Below are positions 37,809-47,131 of a DNA stretch of 54,703 bases, one piece after another; within the stretch, counting starts at the first letter, position 1, and every line of letters begins with the position of its first letter. This DNA is from Clostridia bacterium (GTDB lineage Bacteria > Bacillota > Clostridia > Oscillospirales > Acutalibacteraceae). Below the pieces are notes generated by a model. That model was not told the origin of the DNA. It was given only the letters and a program-made list of their open reading frames with translations, and searched no databases. The position numbers and the translations under genes are program-made. The stretch is taken from assembly GCA_017439845.1 (NCBI GenBank), contig JAFSIJ010000043.1, positions 1 through 54,703 of the forward strand. Direction: 5' to 3'.

Positions 37809-40043
37809 ATGAAAATTAAAAGATTATCAAGTGAAAACACATTATTTTTCAAGCAAAGTGCATCCTGCTTTAATGATGCTCTTCTTCTCGGAAACGGAAG
37901 AATGGGCGCTATCGTTTATGGCGGTTCAAGTGAAGAAAAAATATCTCTCAATGAGGATACTCTTTGGAGCGGCTCTCCCGTTATTCCAAGCGAGGAGAAT
38001 TATCCGCCCATTTTAGAAAAGGCAAGAGAACTCTTTTTTGAAGGGAAAAAGGAAGAGGCTCAAAAGCTTATCGAATCAAAGTTTGGATATAAGCTTAATC
38101 AGGTTTATTTGCCGCTTGCAGATATTAAGATAAATCAGTATTTCAACGGAGAAGCTAAAAGGTATCAAAGAAAGCTTTCTCTTGCCGATGCTATCCATAC
38201 AGTTAGCTATTCGGCTGATGATTGCTCTTTTAAAAGAGAATGCTTTATGAGCGCACCGTATCAGGTCTTGGCAATTAGCTTCACTTCATCTAAAATAAAA
38301 AAAATCAGCTTCGATTTAGCGCTTGAGGGAAGACTTAAGTGTGAATATGAAAATGATAAAAACTGCATAGTGTTAAAGGGAAAAGCCCCCACACTAATTG
38401 CGGATTACGGTGATGCGTATCGTAACGAAAGCTATATCCACTATGAAGAAAATGGCGTTAGCTACATAGGCCTTGTAACTGTTAAAGCTGTTGGTGGAAG
38501 TGTTGAATATAACGGAAACACAGTAAGCGTTAGAGATGCCGATAGCGCAGTTGCTTATTTTGCAACAAGAACAAACTTTATCCGTTTTGATAAGATGCCG
38601 AGCGGTGAGGAATACATAGAGAAATGCTTTGCCGATATTAAGAATGCATCGGCAGTTGAATATGCACTTCTTAAAAAGGAAAGCGTTGCCGCCCATAGAA
38701 AGCTTTATAATTGTTCGGCAGTTTCTCTTCTTGATAACAGCAAGGCTCGAATTCCAACCGATGAAAGATTAAAACTTGTGCAAAAGGGAGAACAGGATAA
38801 TGCCCTTTGCATATTGCTTCTTAATTTAGGAAAATATTTAACAATTGCAGGTTCAAGAAAGGGAAGTCAGGCAACGAATCTTCAAGGAATTTGGAACGAT
38901 ATAATAATTCCGCCTTGGAGCAGTAACTTCACCATCAATATCAATACCGAAATGAACTATTGGCCCACATTGAAATTAGGTCTTAAAGAATGCTATGAGC
39001 CTTTTATCAGATTTGTTAGCGAGCTTAGTGAGAGCGGAAGCCTAACCGCAAAGAACTTCTATGGCAAGAGCGGTTGGGTAACCCACCATAACTCGGACCT
39101 TTGGCGACTTTCGCACCCTGCAACAGGAAGGCTCAATAACAGCGCTCAATGGGGATTTTGGAATGCATCTTCGGGTTGGCTGGCTAAAATGCTTTGGGAT
39201 TATTATAGATATACGCTTGATAAAAAGTATCTTAAAAAGGTTTATCCCATTATTGAGGGTGCCGCAAGGTTCTATAAGGAAAGTCTTGCCCAGTGTGAAG
39301 GAAGGCTTATTTATCCGCTTAGTACTTCGCCCGAGAATAACTACATAGAAAATGGCGAAATGATGCCTATTGATAAATCAACTTCGATGACACAGGAAAT
39401 AATCTATGACTTGTTCGATGCAGTAGGCAAGGCGCAAGAAACATTGGGTCTTGAAAACACCTATTCCGAAATATTGCCAAAGCTTAAAAAGCCCGGTTTT
39501 TGCAAAAACGGAGAGCTTTGCGAGTGGCACGAGGAACATGAGGTTTGGGACCCACATCATCGCCACGTTTCGCATCTTTACGGGCTTTTCCCTGCAAATC
39601 TTTTCGATGATAAGGAGAGGCAAGCGGCTAAAAAGGTTTTAGAGTCAAGGGGCGACGGTGGAACAGGCTGGAGCCTTGCTTGGAAGATTAACTTCTGGGC
39701 AAGATTAGGCGATGGTGAACACGCCTTAAAGCTTCTTAAAAACCAGTTGAGAGTAGTTCCCGCGGTTTCTGATTCTATTAACATGGAGAGCGGCGGCGGA
39801 AGTTATCCAAACCTCTTGTGCGCCCATCCACCTTTCCAAATTGATGGTAACTTCGGTGCGGCAAGCGGCATAATTGAAATGCTTGTCCAAAGCGATAATG
39901 ATGGCAATGCAAAGCCATTGCCTGCGCTTCCAAAGGAATGGAAGAATGGTTTTGTTGAAAATATCTGTTTACCCGGAAATAAGAAAATAAGCTTTGCCTG
40001 GGAAAACGGAAAAATTATAAAAATGAGTATAAAGGAGAAATAA
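37809..40043 (+). CDS. Glycoside hydrolase family 95 (alpha-L-fucosidase type)
   Basis: N-terminal LGNGRMGAIVYGG...LWSG, plus NINTEMNYWP and FQIDGNFG motifs characteristic of GH95. No signal peptide. The ORF opens at GTG 37800. Confidence 0.8.
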   Translation: MKIKRLSSENTLFFKQSASCFNDALLLGNGRMGAIVYGGSSEEKISLNEDTLWSGSPVIPSEENYPPILEKARELFFEGKKEEAQKLIESKFGYKLNQVYLPLADIKINQYFNGEAKRYQRKLSLADAIHTVSYSADDCSFKRECFMSAPYQVLAISFTSSKIKKISFDLALEGRLKCEYENDKNCIVLKGKAPTLIADYGDAYRNESYIHYEENGVSYIGLVTVKAVGGSVEYNGNTVSVRDADSAVAYFATRTNFIRFDKMPSGEEYIEKCFADIKNASAVEYALLKKESVAAHRKLYNCSAVSLLDNSKARIPTDERLKLVQKGEQDNALCILLLNLGKYLTIAGSRKGSQATNLQGIWNDIIIPPWSSNFTININTEMNYWPTLKLGLKECYEPFIRFVSELSESGSLTAKNFYGKSGWVTHHNSDLWRLSHPATGRLNNSAQWGFWNASSGWLAKMLWDYYRYTLDKKYLKKVYPIIEGAARFYKESLAQCEGRLIYPLSTSPENNYIENGEMMPIDKSTSMTQEIIYDLFDAVGKAQETLGLENTYSEILPKLKKPGFCKNGELCEWHEEHEVWDPHHRHVSHLYGLFPANLFDDKERQAAKKVLESRGDGGTGWSLAWKINFWARLGDGEHALKLLKNQLRVVPAVSDSINMESGGGSYPNLLCAHPPFQIDGNFGAASGIIEMLVQSDNDGNAKPLPALPKEWKNGFVENICLPGNKKISFAWENGKIIKMSIKEK

Positions 40044-40045
40044 AA

Positions 40046-40480
40046 ATGTTAAAAAATATTCCTAAAATTTTATCCCCCGAGCTTTTAAAGGTATTATGTG
40101 AAATGGGTCATAGTGACCGCCTTGTTATTGCGGATGGAAACTTCCCCGCAGAGAGTATGGGCAAAAATGCTATTGTCATCCGTGCTGATGGTCACGGTGC
40201 TTGTGAAATTTTAGAGGCAATTCTTGAGGTTTTCCCGCTTGATACTTATGTTGAAAAGCCAGTTAACCTTATGAAAGTTATGCCTGGAGATACAGTTGAA
40301 ACTCCTATTTGGGATGAATATGCAAAAATCGTTGCCGCTGCTGATAGCAGAGGCGATGCAACCATCGGTCATATCGAGCGCTTTAAGTTCTATGAAGAGG
40401 CAAAAACAGCCTATGCAATTATTGCAACAAGCGAAGCTGCTCTTTATGCAAACGTAATGCTTCAAAAGGGAGTAATCTAA
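40046..40480 (+). CDS. fucU: L-fucose mutarotase (RbsD/FucU family)
   Basis: 144 aa. Contains ILSPELLKVLCEMGHSDRLVIADGNFP. Adjacent to the GH95 gene. Confidence 0.85.
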   Translation: MLKNIPKILSPELLKVLCEMGHSDRLVIADGNFPAESMGKNAIVIRADGHGACEILEAILEVFPLDTYVEKPVNLMKVMPGDTVETPIWDEYAKIVAAADSRGDATIGHIERFKFYEEAKTAYAIIATSEAALYANVMLQKGVI

Positions 40481-41181
40481 TGGCATATTTGCAAGATTTA
40501 AAGCCTTGTGAGTTAAAGGCGGCAGTAGAGAAGGGAACACCCTTGATGATTGCTGTTGGCTCAATTGAGTATCACGGAAGTCAGTTGCCACTCGGCACAG
40601 ACCTTTTGATTGTTGAAGGTCTTATTCGTGAGCTTGAAAAGAGAACGGATATCGTTGTTGCCCCATCATTCACCTTTAGTCCAACAGGCTTTATGGTTTC
40701 GGGTGAGGATAGAGGAACGGTTGATGTGAGAATAGGAACATTTATTGATTACTGTTCTCAAATCCTTTCCTGCTATAAAAATATGGGCTTTAAAAAGATT
40801 TATGTTCTCGTTCATCATCAGGGCGGAAGTATTAAGCGCTACCTTGAGATTGCGCTTGAGCAAATAAACGATTATGATGCCCATAAAGAGTTTGGCAAAT
40901 CCTGGTGGACCGACCGCAAAAAGAAGGAAAATACCTGCGATATTGAGGTTTGTCCTGCTCAATTCGGCGAAGAGGTTTTAAAGGAATTTTTCGGCCATGG
41001 CGGTGAGGGTGAAACCCAGCCGATTATGGCTTATTTCCCCGAGCTTGTAAGAATGGATTATCTAACTGATGATGAGGCGTTTTGGAATAAAACCGCTAAG
41101 GATTCCAATATGGATGATGCTATAAGAGCAAGAGATATCCTTATCGCTTCCTGGCTTGAAAAATTAAGCGCAAACAACTGA
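40480..41181 (+). CDS. Creatininase-family amidohydrolase
   Basis: GSIEYHGSQLPLGTD motif and HGGEGET motif. Start overlaps the fucU stop. Confidence 0.75.
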   Translation: MAYLQDLKPCELKAAVEKGTPLMIAVGSIEYHGSQLPLGTDLLIVEGLIRELEKRTDIVVAPSFTFSPTGFMVSGEDRGTVDVRIGTFIDYCSQILSCYKNMGFKKIYVLVHHQGGSIKRYLEIALEQINDYDAHKEFGKSWWTDRKKKENTCDIEVCPAQFGEEVLKEFFGHGGEGETQPIMAYFPELVRMDYLTDDEAFWNKTAKDSNMDDAIRARDILIASWLEKLSANN

Positions 41182-41211
41182 TTTTAACCAATGGAGAAAG
41201 AAGGTGCACGA

Positions 41212-42696
41212 ATGAAACGAGTAATTGGTATTATTTTGATAATAAGTATGCTCATTTCGGTTTTTAGCACGGGTTTCATCGCTTCGGCATACGAGGGAGA
41301 TTCACCTGTGACCGCTGATGCGCGGATAACCTTTTCAGATTACGAGGTAGATCCCGGCGAAGAGGTGGAAATGACTGTCAGCATAATGCCTTATACTGAT
41401 ATTAAGTTGCTTGGTATAGAGCTAAATGTTGAATATGTTTATCAAAGAGATTTTTCCTATCCGTTCACGCTGGTTGAGGAAAAAACTCAGCTTCCCGAAG
41501 AGTTTGAAACAGCATCGGTGGCGCAAAAATATGCCGATGTTCCTATCGTTTTTGTTTGGGATTCAATTGATAATCTCGAATTTAGCGCAAATAAGGAAAT
41601 AGTGCTCGGCACATTCACGCTAAAGGTTAACGAAGAGGCAAGGCTTGGCGAGTATATGTTCAACCTATATTTCAACGAAATCTATTATTCGCATGAATAT
41701 GAGGATGAGCATGGCGAAACACAAAGAGAACTCAGGGATATAGAGATATACTCTGGCGAAGAGGTTGAACTCTTTGTTGGTGAAAAATTAGTCGTTTATA
41801 ACACCCCAATTAAAGTTCCGCTTGGCGGCGCTGAAAACTATGCTTACGATGTTTTAGTAAACAAGCTTTTAGACCACGAGGAAACATATATTGACAACAC
41901 TGATATTGCCGAAATCGTTGAGATAGTTGATTTTGGCGATAACTCGGTTATTCGCATCAGAGGTAAAGAACTCGGAGAAAGCACCATTCTTTATGTCAAG
42001 AGTGCGGATGAAGAACTTGAAGAAAATGTCACCACACTTATAACAGTTGTAAAACCTACTGCGTGGGCAACACCGAAAACAGCGCCTGATAAAACGGTTT
42101 ATTATGTGGGCGAAAAGTGTGATAAAGAAACCCTTTTAAACGGTTTTTCAATGAGAATAGATTATGAAAATTATGAAAACAAGATTGTGGATAACATAGA
42201 GGAACTAAGCCTTGGTGAATATGATTTCTCAACCCCAGGCGAAAAATCGGTTAAGGTTTATTGCGAGGATACCTATATCACTTTGAAATATACAGTTAAA
42301 GAAACCCCCGAATATATCGGTTCGACCGTTTATTCCACAACCGCCACAGAGATTTTCAATGTTCCCGAAAACACAAGTGTTGAAGAATTTATTGCTAACA
42401 CAAATGTAAGTGATAGATTAGAGCTTTTCGATGCGCAAGACAACCCCATTACCGAAGGCATCATTAAAACCGGCATGAAAGCTAAATTTGTTTTAGATAG
42501 CGAAGTTAAAGCTTGTGCCACAATTTCTGTTAAATATGATGTTAATGGCGATGGCTCGGTTGGTTTGAAGGACTTAATGCTATGCAAAAAGGCAGCATTG
42601 GGCGAAGAACTCCTATCTAACGCACAATTAAAGGCAATAGGATCCGCTCCTAATGCTCAAGCCCTTGTGCTTATGAAAAACTATATTTTGCAGTAA
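41212..42696 (+). CDS. Secreted protein with cohesin-like N-terminal module, Ig-like (Big_2-type) repeat and a single dockerin-like Ca-binding segment
   Basis: Signal peptide (MKRVIGIILIISMLISVFSTGFIASA). Cohesin-like beta-sandwich region. C-terminal DVNGDGSVGLKD fits DxNxDGxxxxxD. Domain calls are by eye only. Confidence 0.5.
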   Translation: MKRVIGIILIISMLISVFSTGFIASAYEGDSPVTADARITFSDYEVDPGEEVEMTVSIMPYTDIKLLGIELNVEYVYQRDFSYPFTLVEEKTQLPEEFETASVAQKYADVPIVFVWDSIDNLEFSANKEIVLGTFTLKVNEEARLGEYMFNLYFNEIYYSHEYEDEHGETQRELRDIEIYSGEEVELFVGEKLVVYNTPIKVPLGGAENYAYDVLVNKLLDHEETYIDNTDIAEIVEIVDFGDNSVIRIRGKELGESTILYVKSADEELEENVTTLITVVKPTAWATPKTAPDKTVYYVGEKCDKETLLNGFSMRIDYENYENKIVDNIEELSLGEYDFSTPGEKSVKVYCEDTYITLKYTVKETPEYIGSTVYSTTATEIFNVPENTSVEEFIANTNVSDRLELFDAQDNPITEGIIKTGMKAKFVLDSEVKACATISVKYDVNGDGSVGLKDLMLCKKAALGEELLSNAQLKAIGSAPNAQALVLMKNYILQ

Positions 42697-42714
42697 AAAT
42701 ATCTGGAGAAAATA

Positions 42715-43695
42715 ATGGAAAATAATAATCAAGATTTTGAAGCGCTCAATGAAAACGAGATTTTTGAAAACGAGAATTTGGAAGTTGCCGAAAAGGGCGA
42801 AGAAATCGAGGAAACCACTAAAAAATCAAAGTGGCTTTCTAAAGAAAAAATTAAGCTTTATGCCTTTATCGGTGTAGCTTTGGTGCTTGTTTTAGCGGTG
42901 CTTTTCATATCGCTTTATATAAAGTCGGATAAGGTTTCAAAAGCGCTCGATTCCGAAAAGTATAACCGTGTTCAAATTAAAATATCTCAAACTGTCGAAT
43001 ATCTTGAAACCGAGGAAGAAGAAACCGAGGAGGATATAGATTCAGGCGAGGATGTTATTTATAACGATGGCGGTTATGGTAACTATTATTACGATGAAAA
43101 TGGTAATCTTGTAACCGAAGAGGAGCCTGCCGAGGAAGAGCAGCAAAGTAACACATCAACCTATGATATAAGCACAATAAGGTTTGATGGAGATACTATT
43201 CATGAGAAGAGTGATTTTGGAGAAACCTATCATTTCACCCGTGATGGCGAACGCTTCGTTGTCTACTACTACGAGGACCTTCTAACAAGCATTCAAAAGG
43301 AAGAAGGCGAAGATGTAGAGGGCGAGTGGATAGAGGCTCCTGCGGAGTCCTATGGAAACATAGTTTCCTTTGATTTAAAGGTTTTAGATTCGTATGTTGA
43401 GTCTGATTTTAAAAAGGTTGAGGACCACTATGTTCCAAAGGCAAACGCCGAAGAAATGTTCTTTGATTTTCTTAAAATTAAACAGGTTGAGAAATACGCC
43501 AATACCGATATAAAGTTCTATTTTGAAAATGGAAAAATGTTGAAAATTGTTGCATCATATATCTATGACAACACAATGAGCATAGTTCAAACCTATAAAT
43601 TCACCTATGAGGATGAGAAAATTGTTGTTCCCGAAGCAGATAAAAAATATGATGCTAACGGGCAACTCATAGAGGGCACTGAAAATGAAGAATAA
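42715..43695 (+). CDS. Single-pass membrane protein, highly acidic, unknown function
   Basis: One TM helix (LYAFIGVALVLVLAVLFISLYI) followed by a Glu/Asp/Tyr-rich ectodomain. Confidence 0.45.
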   Translation: MENNNQDFEALNENEIFENENLEVAEKGEEIEETTKKSKWLSKEKIKLYAFIGVALVLVLAVLFISLYIKSDKVSKALDSEKYNRVQIKISQTVEYLETEEEETEEDIDSGEDVIYNDGGYGNYYYDENGNLVTEEEPAEEEQQSNTSTYDISTIRFDGDTIHEKSDFGETYHFTRDGERFVVYYYEDLLTSIQKEEGEDVEGEWIEAPAESYGNIVSFDLKVLDSYVESDFKKVEDHYVPKANAEEMFFDFLKIKQVEKYANTDIKFYFENGKMLKIVASYIYDNTMSIVQTYKFTYEDEKIVVPEADKKYDANGQLIEGTENEE

Positions 43696-44308
43696 ACATT
43701 TAAAATTTTTGGTGTTAACCGCTATTTTACTCATCATAACAAGTATAATAGTAAGTGCCGCAGGTGTAACGCATTTTGTGATGAACTATGCGCAAAATGG
43801 AGAAAAAATCTCGGTTAATGTTCAAACCGACTGCGTTACAGGTGTCGGAGGAATGGACTTTGCTTTAAACTTTGATAACGAAGCATTCGAGCTTGATGAA
43901 GGCTCGGTGCGTTGTTCTCTTCCTTCGTGTGAGATGGTTATCAAAGAGAATATGATAAGGGTTTTATGGGATACAACCGAAAAAGAAACCCTGCCGAACA
44001 TCCTTATTTCAGCTGATTTTATAAGCAAAGATGAAACATCGGTTGAGAGTGGAATGTATTTCTCTATAAACGATTATTATGATAATTCGTTAGAGCTTAA
44101 CGACCTTCCCTATGAAGTATCATATTTATCGGCCGATAGCGTGGAAAGGGCAAAGCTTTCCGGCTTGCCGATTGTTGTCACTGTGCTGCTTGTTATAATT
44201 GCAGTAATAGTTGTTTCGGCGGCTGCATATTGGTTCTTAACTAACAGGAAAATAGAGGAAATAGCAAGAAATATTGTTAAAAGTTCTCTCACTTTGGAGG
44301 CGGTTTAA
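43685..44308 (+). CDS. Cohesin-like module protein with signal peptide and C-terminal transmembrane anchor
   Basis: Signal peptide, a cohesin-like segment (VTGVGGMDFALNFDNEAFEL) and a C-terminal TM helix. 11-nt overlap with the upstream gene. Confidence 0.45.
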   Translation: MKNKHLKFLVLTAILLIITSIIVSAAGVTHFVMNYAQNGEKISVNVQTDCVTGVGGMDFALNFDNEAFELDEGSVRCSLPSCEMVIKENMIRVLWDTTEKETLPNILISADFISKDETSVESGMYFSINDYYDNSLELNDLPYEVSYLSADSVERAKLSGLPIVVTVLLVIIAVIVVSAAAYWFLTNRKIEEIARNIVKSSLTLEAV

Positions 44309-44328
44309 CCGCCTCCGATTTTTTTTTG
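44296..44328 (+). terminator. Rho-independent terminator
   Basis: GGAGGCGGT-TTA-ACCGCCTCC followed by a 9-T run. Confidence 0.85.
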
Positions 44329-44347
44329 TAAATTTTTTAATTTTTAG

Positions 44348-44376
44348 GTGACATATACAAATAAAAGTGATATAAT
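44348..44376 (+). promoter_or_regulatory. Sigma-A-type promoter with extended -10, upstream of the polA leader
   Basis: GTGACA (44348-44353), 17-nt spacer, TGaTATAAT (-10 at 44371-44376). Confidence 0.6.
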
Positions 44377-44405
44377 AATATATTATATTATAATGGTTAT
44401 GTTTA

Positions 44406-44572
44406 GTCGAAACATCTCTGTTTCGACACAAAATCTTTGATTTTGTTGCAAATTTCTTTGGAAATTTGTCCAGACCCATTGCAATGAGTGTCGTGCAAAA
44501 TTAAAATATGCAATTTAATTTTGCTAAAGCCACTTAAAAGTGGCTTGTCGAAGCGCTTTTCAGCGTTTCGAC
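44406..44572 (+). promoter_or_regulatory. Hairpin-rich leader / candidate small RNA upstream of polA
   Basis: At least seven consecutive stem-loops. H1 (GTCGAAAC-N6-GTTTCGAC, 44406-44427) and H7 (GTCGAAGCGC-N6-GCGTTTCGAC, 44547-44572) share the same arms. None is followed by a U-tract. Confidence 0.45.
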
Positions 44573-44601
44573 AAACTACAATCATTATGGGGGGAGTATT
44601 T

Positions 44602-47130
44602 TTGAAGCTTTTAGTTATTGATGGTAACAGTATAATCAACCGCGCTTTTTACGGTATTAAGTTGCTAACCACAAAGGATGGCCAGTATACTAACGGTGTC
44701 TATGGCTTTATAAATATACTCAATAAGCTATGCGAGACTGAAAACCCCGATGGCGTTGCGGTTGCCTTTGATTTGAGAAGCCCCACCTTCCGCCATAAAA
44801 TGTATGATGCATATAAAGCGGGAAGAAAAGGTATGCCTGATGAACTTGCAAGCCAAATGCCACTGCTTAAAAAATATCTCACCCTTGCAGGTCATACCTG
44901 CTTAGAGCTTGAGGGCTATGAAGCTGATGATATCATCGGAACACTTGCAAGAAAATGTGAACAAAGCGGAAATGAATGTGTTATAGCAACGGGGGATAGG
45001 GATTCGCTTCAACTCGTTTCGGATGCAACTCGAGTTTTGCTGACTGCGACTAAAATGGGCAGACCGGAGGTTATAAATTATAACAAAGAAGCGCTCTTCG
45101 AAAAATACGGACTCACTCCTGATGAAATGATTGAGCTTAAAAGCCTTATGGGTGATAGCTCGGATAATATACCGGGTGTTGCAGGTGTTGGCGAGAAAAC
45201 AGCGCTTGATTTGATATCTCGTTTTCATAGCATTGATTATATCTATGAAAATGTTGAAGCTCTTGATATAAAAGAGGGTGTTCGCGCAAAGCTCATTGCC
45301 GATAAGGAAAAAGCTTTCTTAAGCCGTGAGCTTGGAACAATCTGCAAGGAAGTTCCACTCGCTATAAATCTTGAAGATTTGAAATATAGCGGTCGTGATG
45401 AAGAAGAACTTTCAAGGTTTATGACAAGTCTTGAATTCTTTGGTCTTATGGAAAAAATGGGCATAAAGCCAAGCACTTCTTCAAAAAACGAAGCAATACA
45501 AGAAAAGAAAATCTATAAAATCGGCGATGCTCCAAAGCTCGATAATATAAAAAAAGCCGATGTTTATTTTGAGGGCGGAATTTATGCCCTTGTTTGTGAG
45601 AATACGATTTATATGCTCAATATGAGTGAAACGGAAGAAATTCTCGCAAACGAAAAAATTGAAAAAAGAGTTTATGATAGTAAAACGCTTTATCGTCGTT
45701 TTGAGCGTGTGGAGAATATCTCCTTTGATGTTCTGTTAGCAGGATATCTTTGCAATCCATCCTCATCAGATTATTCGCTCGAGCGCCTTGCAAGTGAATA
45801 TGCAACTGCTCCCTTTGAGATAGAGGGAACTGCCGATTCTTTTATAAACAATGCAGCTCTTTTCTCGGCGGTTGCCGATACACTTTTTAGTGAGCTTCAA
45901 AAGAGTGGCGAGGATAAGCTGTTAGGGGAAATTGAAATTCCTCTCGCCCGAGTTCTTTCAAGCATGGAAAACGAAGGCTTTTTGGTCGATAAAAAGGGCC
46001 TTGATGATATGAGTAAGGAATTAGCGGAAAGAATTTCGGTTATAGAAAAAGAAATCTATTCGCTTGTTGGATATGAGTTTAATCTCAATTCTCCAAAGCA
46101 GTTAGGTGTTGCGCTTTTTGAAAAGTTAGGGCTTCCTGCTAAGAAGAAAACTAAGAGCGGTTATAGCACAAATGCTGAGGTTTTAGAGGGCCTTAGATAT
46201 GCCCACCCCGCAGTTGAATTGTTGCTCGAATATAGAACACTCGCAAAGTTAAAATCAACCTATTGTGATGGGCTCGCCGCTTGTATCGGTGATGATGGCA
46301 GAATTCATACAACCTTTAATCAGACCGAAGCAAGAACGGGAAGAATCAGCTCGCTTGAGCCTAATTTGCAAAATATCCCCGTTAGAACAAAGGAGGGCAA
46401 ACGCCTTCGTGAGTTCTTTGTGGCGCGCGAAGGATATGTCCTTTGCGATGCTGACTATTCGCAAATTGAGCTTCGGGTTCTTGCATCAATGTCAAATGAT
46501 GAGAATATGATAAATGCCTTCTCTTCGGGTGTGGATGTGCATACAGTTACCGCTTCACAGGTGTTTTCAATGCCGATAGATATGGTAACACCCGTTATGC
46601 GAAGCAGAGCAAAGGCGGTTAATTTTGGTATTGTATACGGAATAGGTGCTTTTTCTTTGGGTAAGGATATCGGTGTTACAAGAGCAGAGGCTGATAGCTA
46701 TATAAAGAGCTATCTTGCCGCCTATCCGAATGTTAATGCATATATGGAAAAAACCATCGAACAGGCAAAGGCTGATGGCTATGTAACAACACTTTTCGGC
46801 AGAAGAAGATATTTGCCAGAGCTTGCATCATCAAACGGAATGCTTCGAGCGTTCGGCGAAAGGGTGGCAAGAAATGCTCCTATTCAGGGAACTGCCGCCG
46901 ATATAATCAAAATCGCTATGATAAAGGTCTATGATAGATTAAGCCGAGAAGTACCCGATGCGAGACTCATTCTTCAGGTCCACGATGAGCTTATCGTGGA
47001 AGCACCAATGGAAAAAGCCGAGCTTGTTTGCCACATTCTTTCAGAGGAAATGGAAAACTCGGCAAACCTTGAAGTTAAGCTAACAGCCGATGCATCCTTC
47101 GGTAAAACTTGGTTAGAAGCAAAGGGATAA
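44602..47130 (+). CDS. polA: DNA polymerase I
   Basis: 5' nuclease domain (LLVIDGNSIINRAFYG), a 3'-5' exo-like region and pol motifs (DYSQIELR, QVHDEL). TTG 44602 follows GGGGGGAG. ATG 44587 is an alternative start. The ORF opens at 44488. Confidence 0.93.
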   Translation: MKLLVIDGNSIINRAFYGIKLLTTKDGQYTNGVYGFINILNKLCETENPDGVAVAFDLRSPTFRHKMYDAYKAGRKGMPDELASQMPLLKKYLTLAGHTCLELEGYEADDIIGTLARKCEQSGNECVIATGDRDSLQLVSDATRVLLTATKMGRPEVINYNKEALFEKYGLTPDEMIELKSLMGDSSDNIPGVAGVGEKTALDLISRFHSIDYIYENVEALDIKEGVRAKLIADKEKAFLSRELGTICKEVPLAINLEDLKYSGRDEEELSRFMTSLEFFGLMEKMGIKPSTSSKNEAIQEKKIYKIGDAPKLDNIKKADVYFEGGIYALVCENTIYMLNMSETEEILANEKIEKRVYDSKTLYRRFERVENISFDVLLAGYLCNPSSSDYSLERLASEYATAPFEIEGTADSFINNAALFSAVADTLFSELQKSGEDKLLGEIEIPLARVLSSMENEGFLVDKKGLDDMSKELAERISVIEKEIYSLVGYEFNLNSPKQLGVALFEKLGLPAKKKTKSGYSTNAEVLEGLRYAHPAVELLLEYRTLAKLKSTYCDGLAACIGDDGRIHTTFNQTEARTGRISSLEPNLQNIPVRTKEGKRLREFFVAREGYVLCDADYSQIELRVLASMSNDENMINAFSSGVDVHTVTASQVFSMPIDMVTPVMRSRAKAVNFGIVYGIGAFSLGKDIGVTRAEADSYIKSYLAAYPNVNAYMEKTIEQAKADGYVTTLFGRRRYLPELASSNGMLRAFGERVARNAPIQGTAADIIKIAMIKVYDRLSREVPDARLILQVHDELIVEAPMEKAELVCHILSEEMENSANLEVKLTADASFGKTWLEAKG

Positions 47131-47131
47131 A

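Noticed and set aside
44406-44572. Possible CRISPR-like array, because of the recurring GTCGAA.C / GTTTCGAC arms.
   Set aside because: The repeats are inverted arms of hairpins, not regularly spaced direct repeats. Only two related units exist and there are no cas genes.
44488-44601. N-terminal extension of the polA ORF (MSCKIKICNLILL...).
   Set aside because: It covers the hairpin-rich leader and has no Shine-Dalgarno. The conserved PolI N-terminus (KLLVIDGNS) begins at TTG 44602, preceded by GGGGGGAG.
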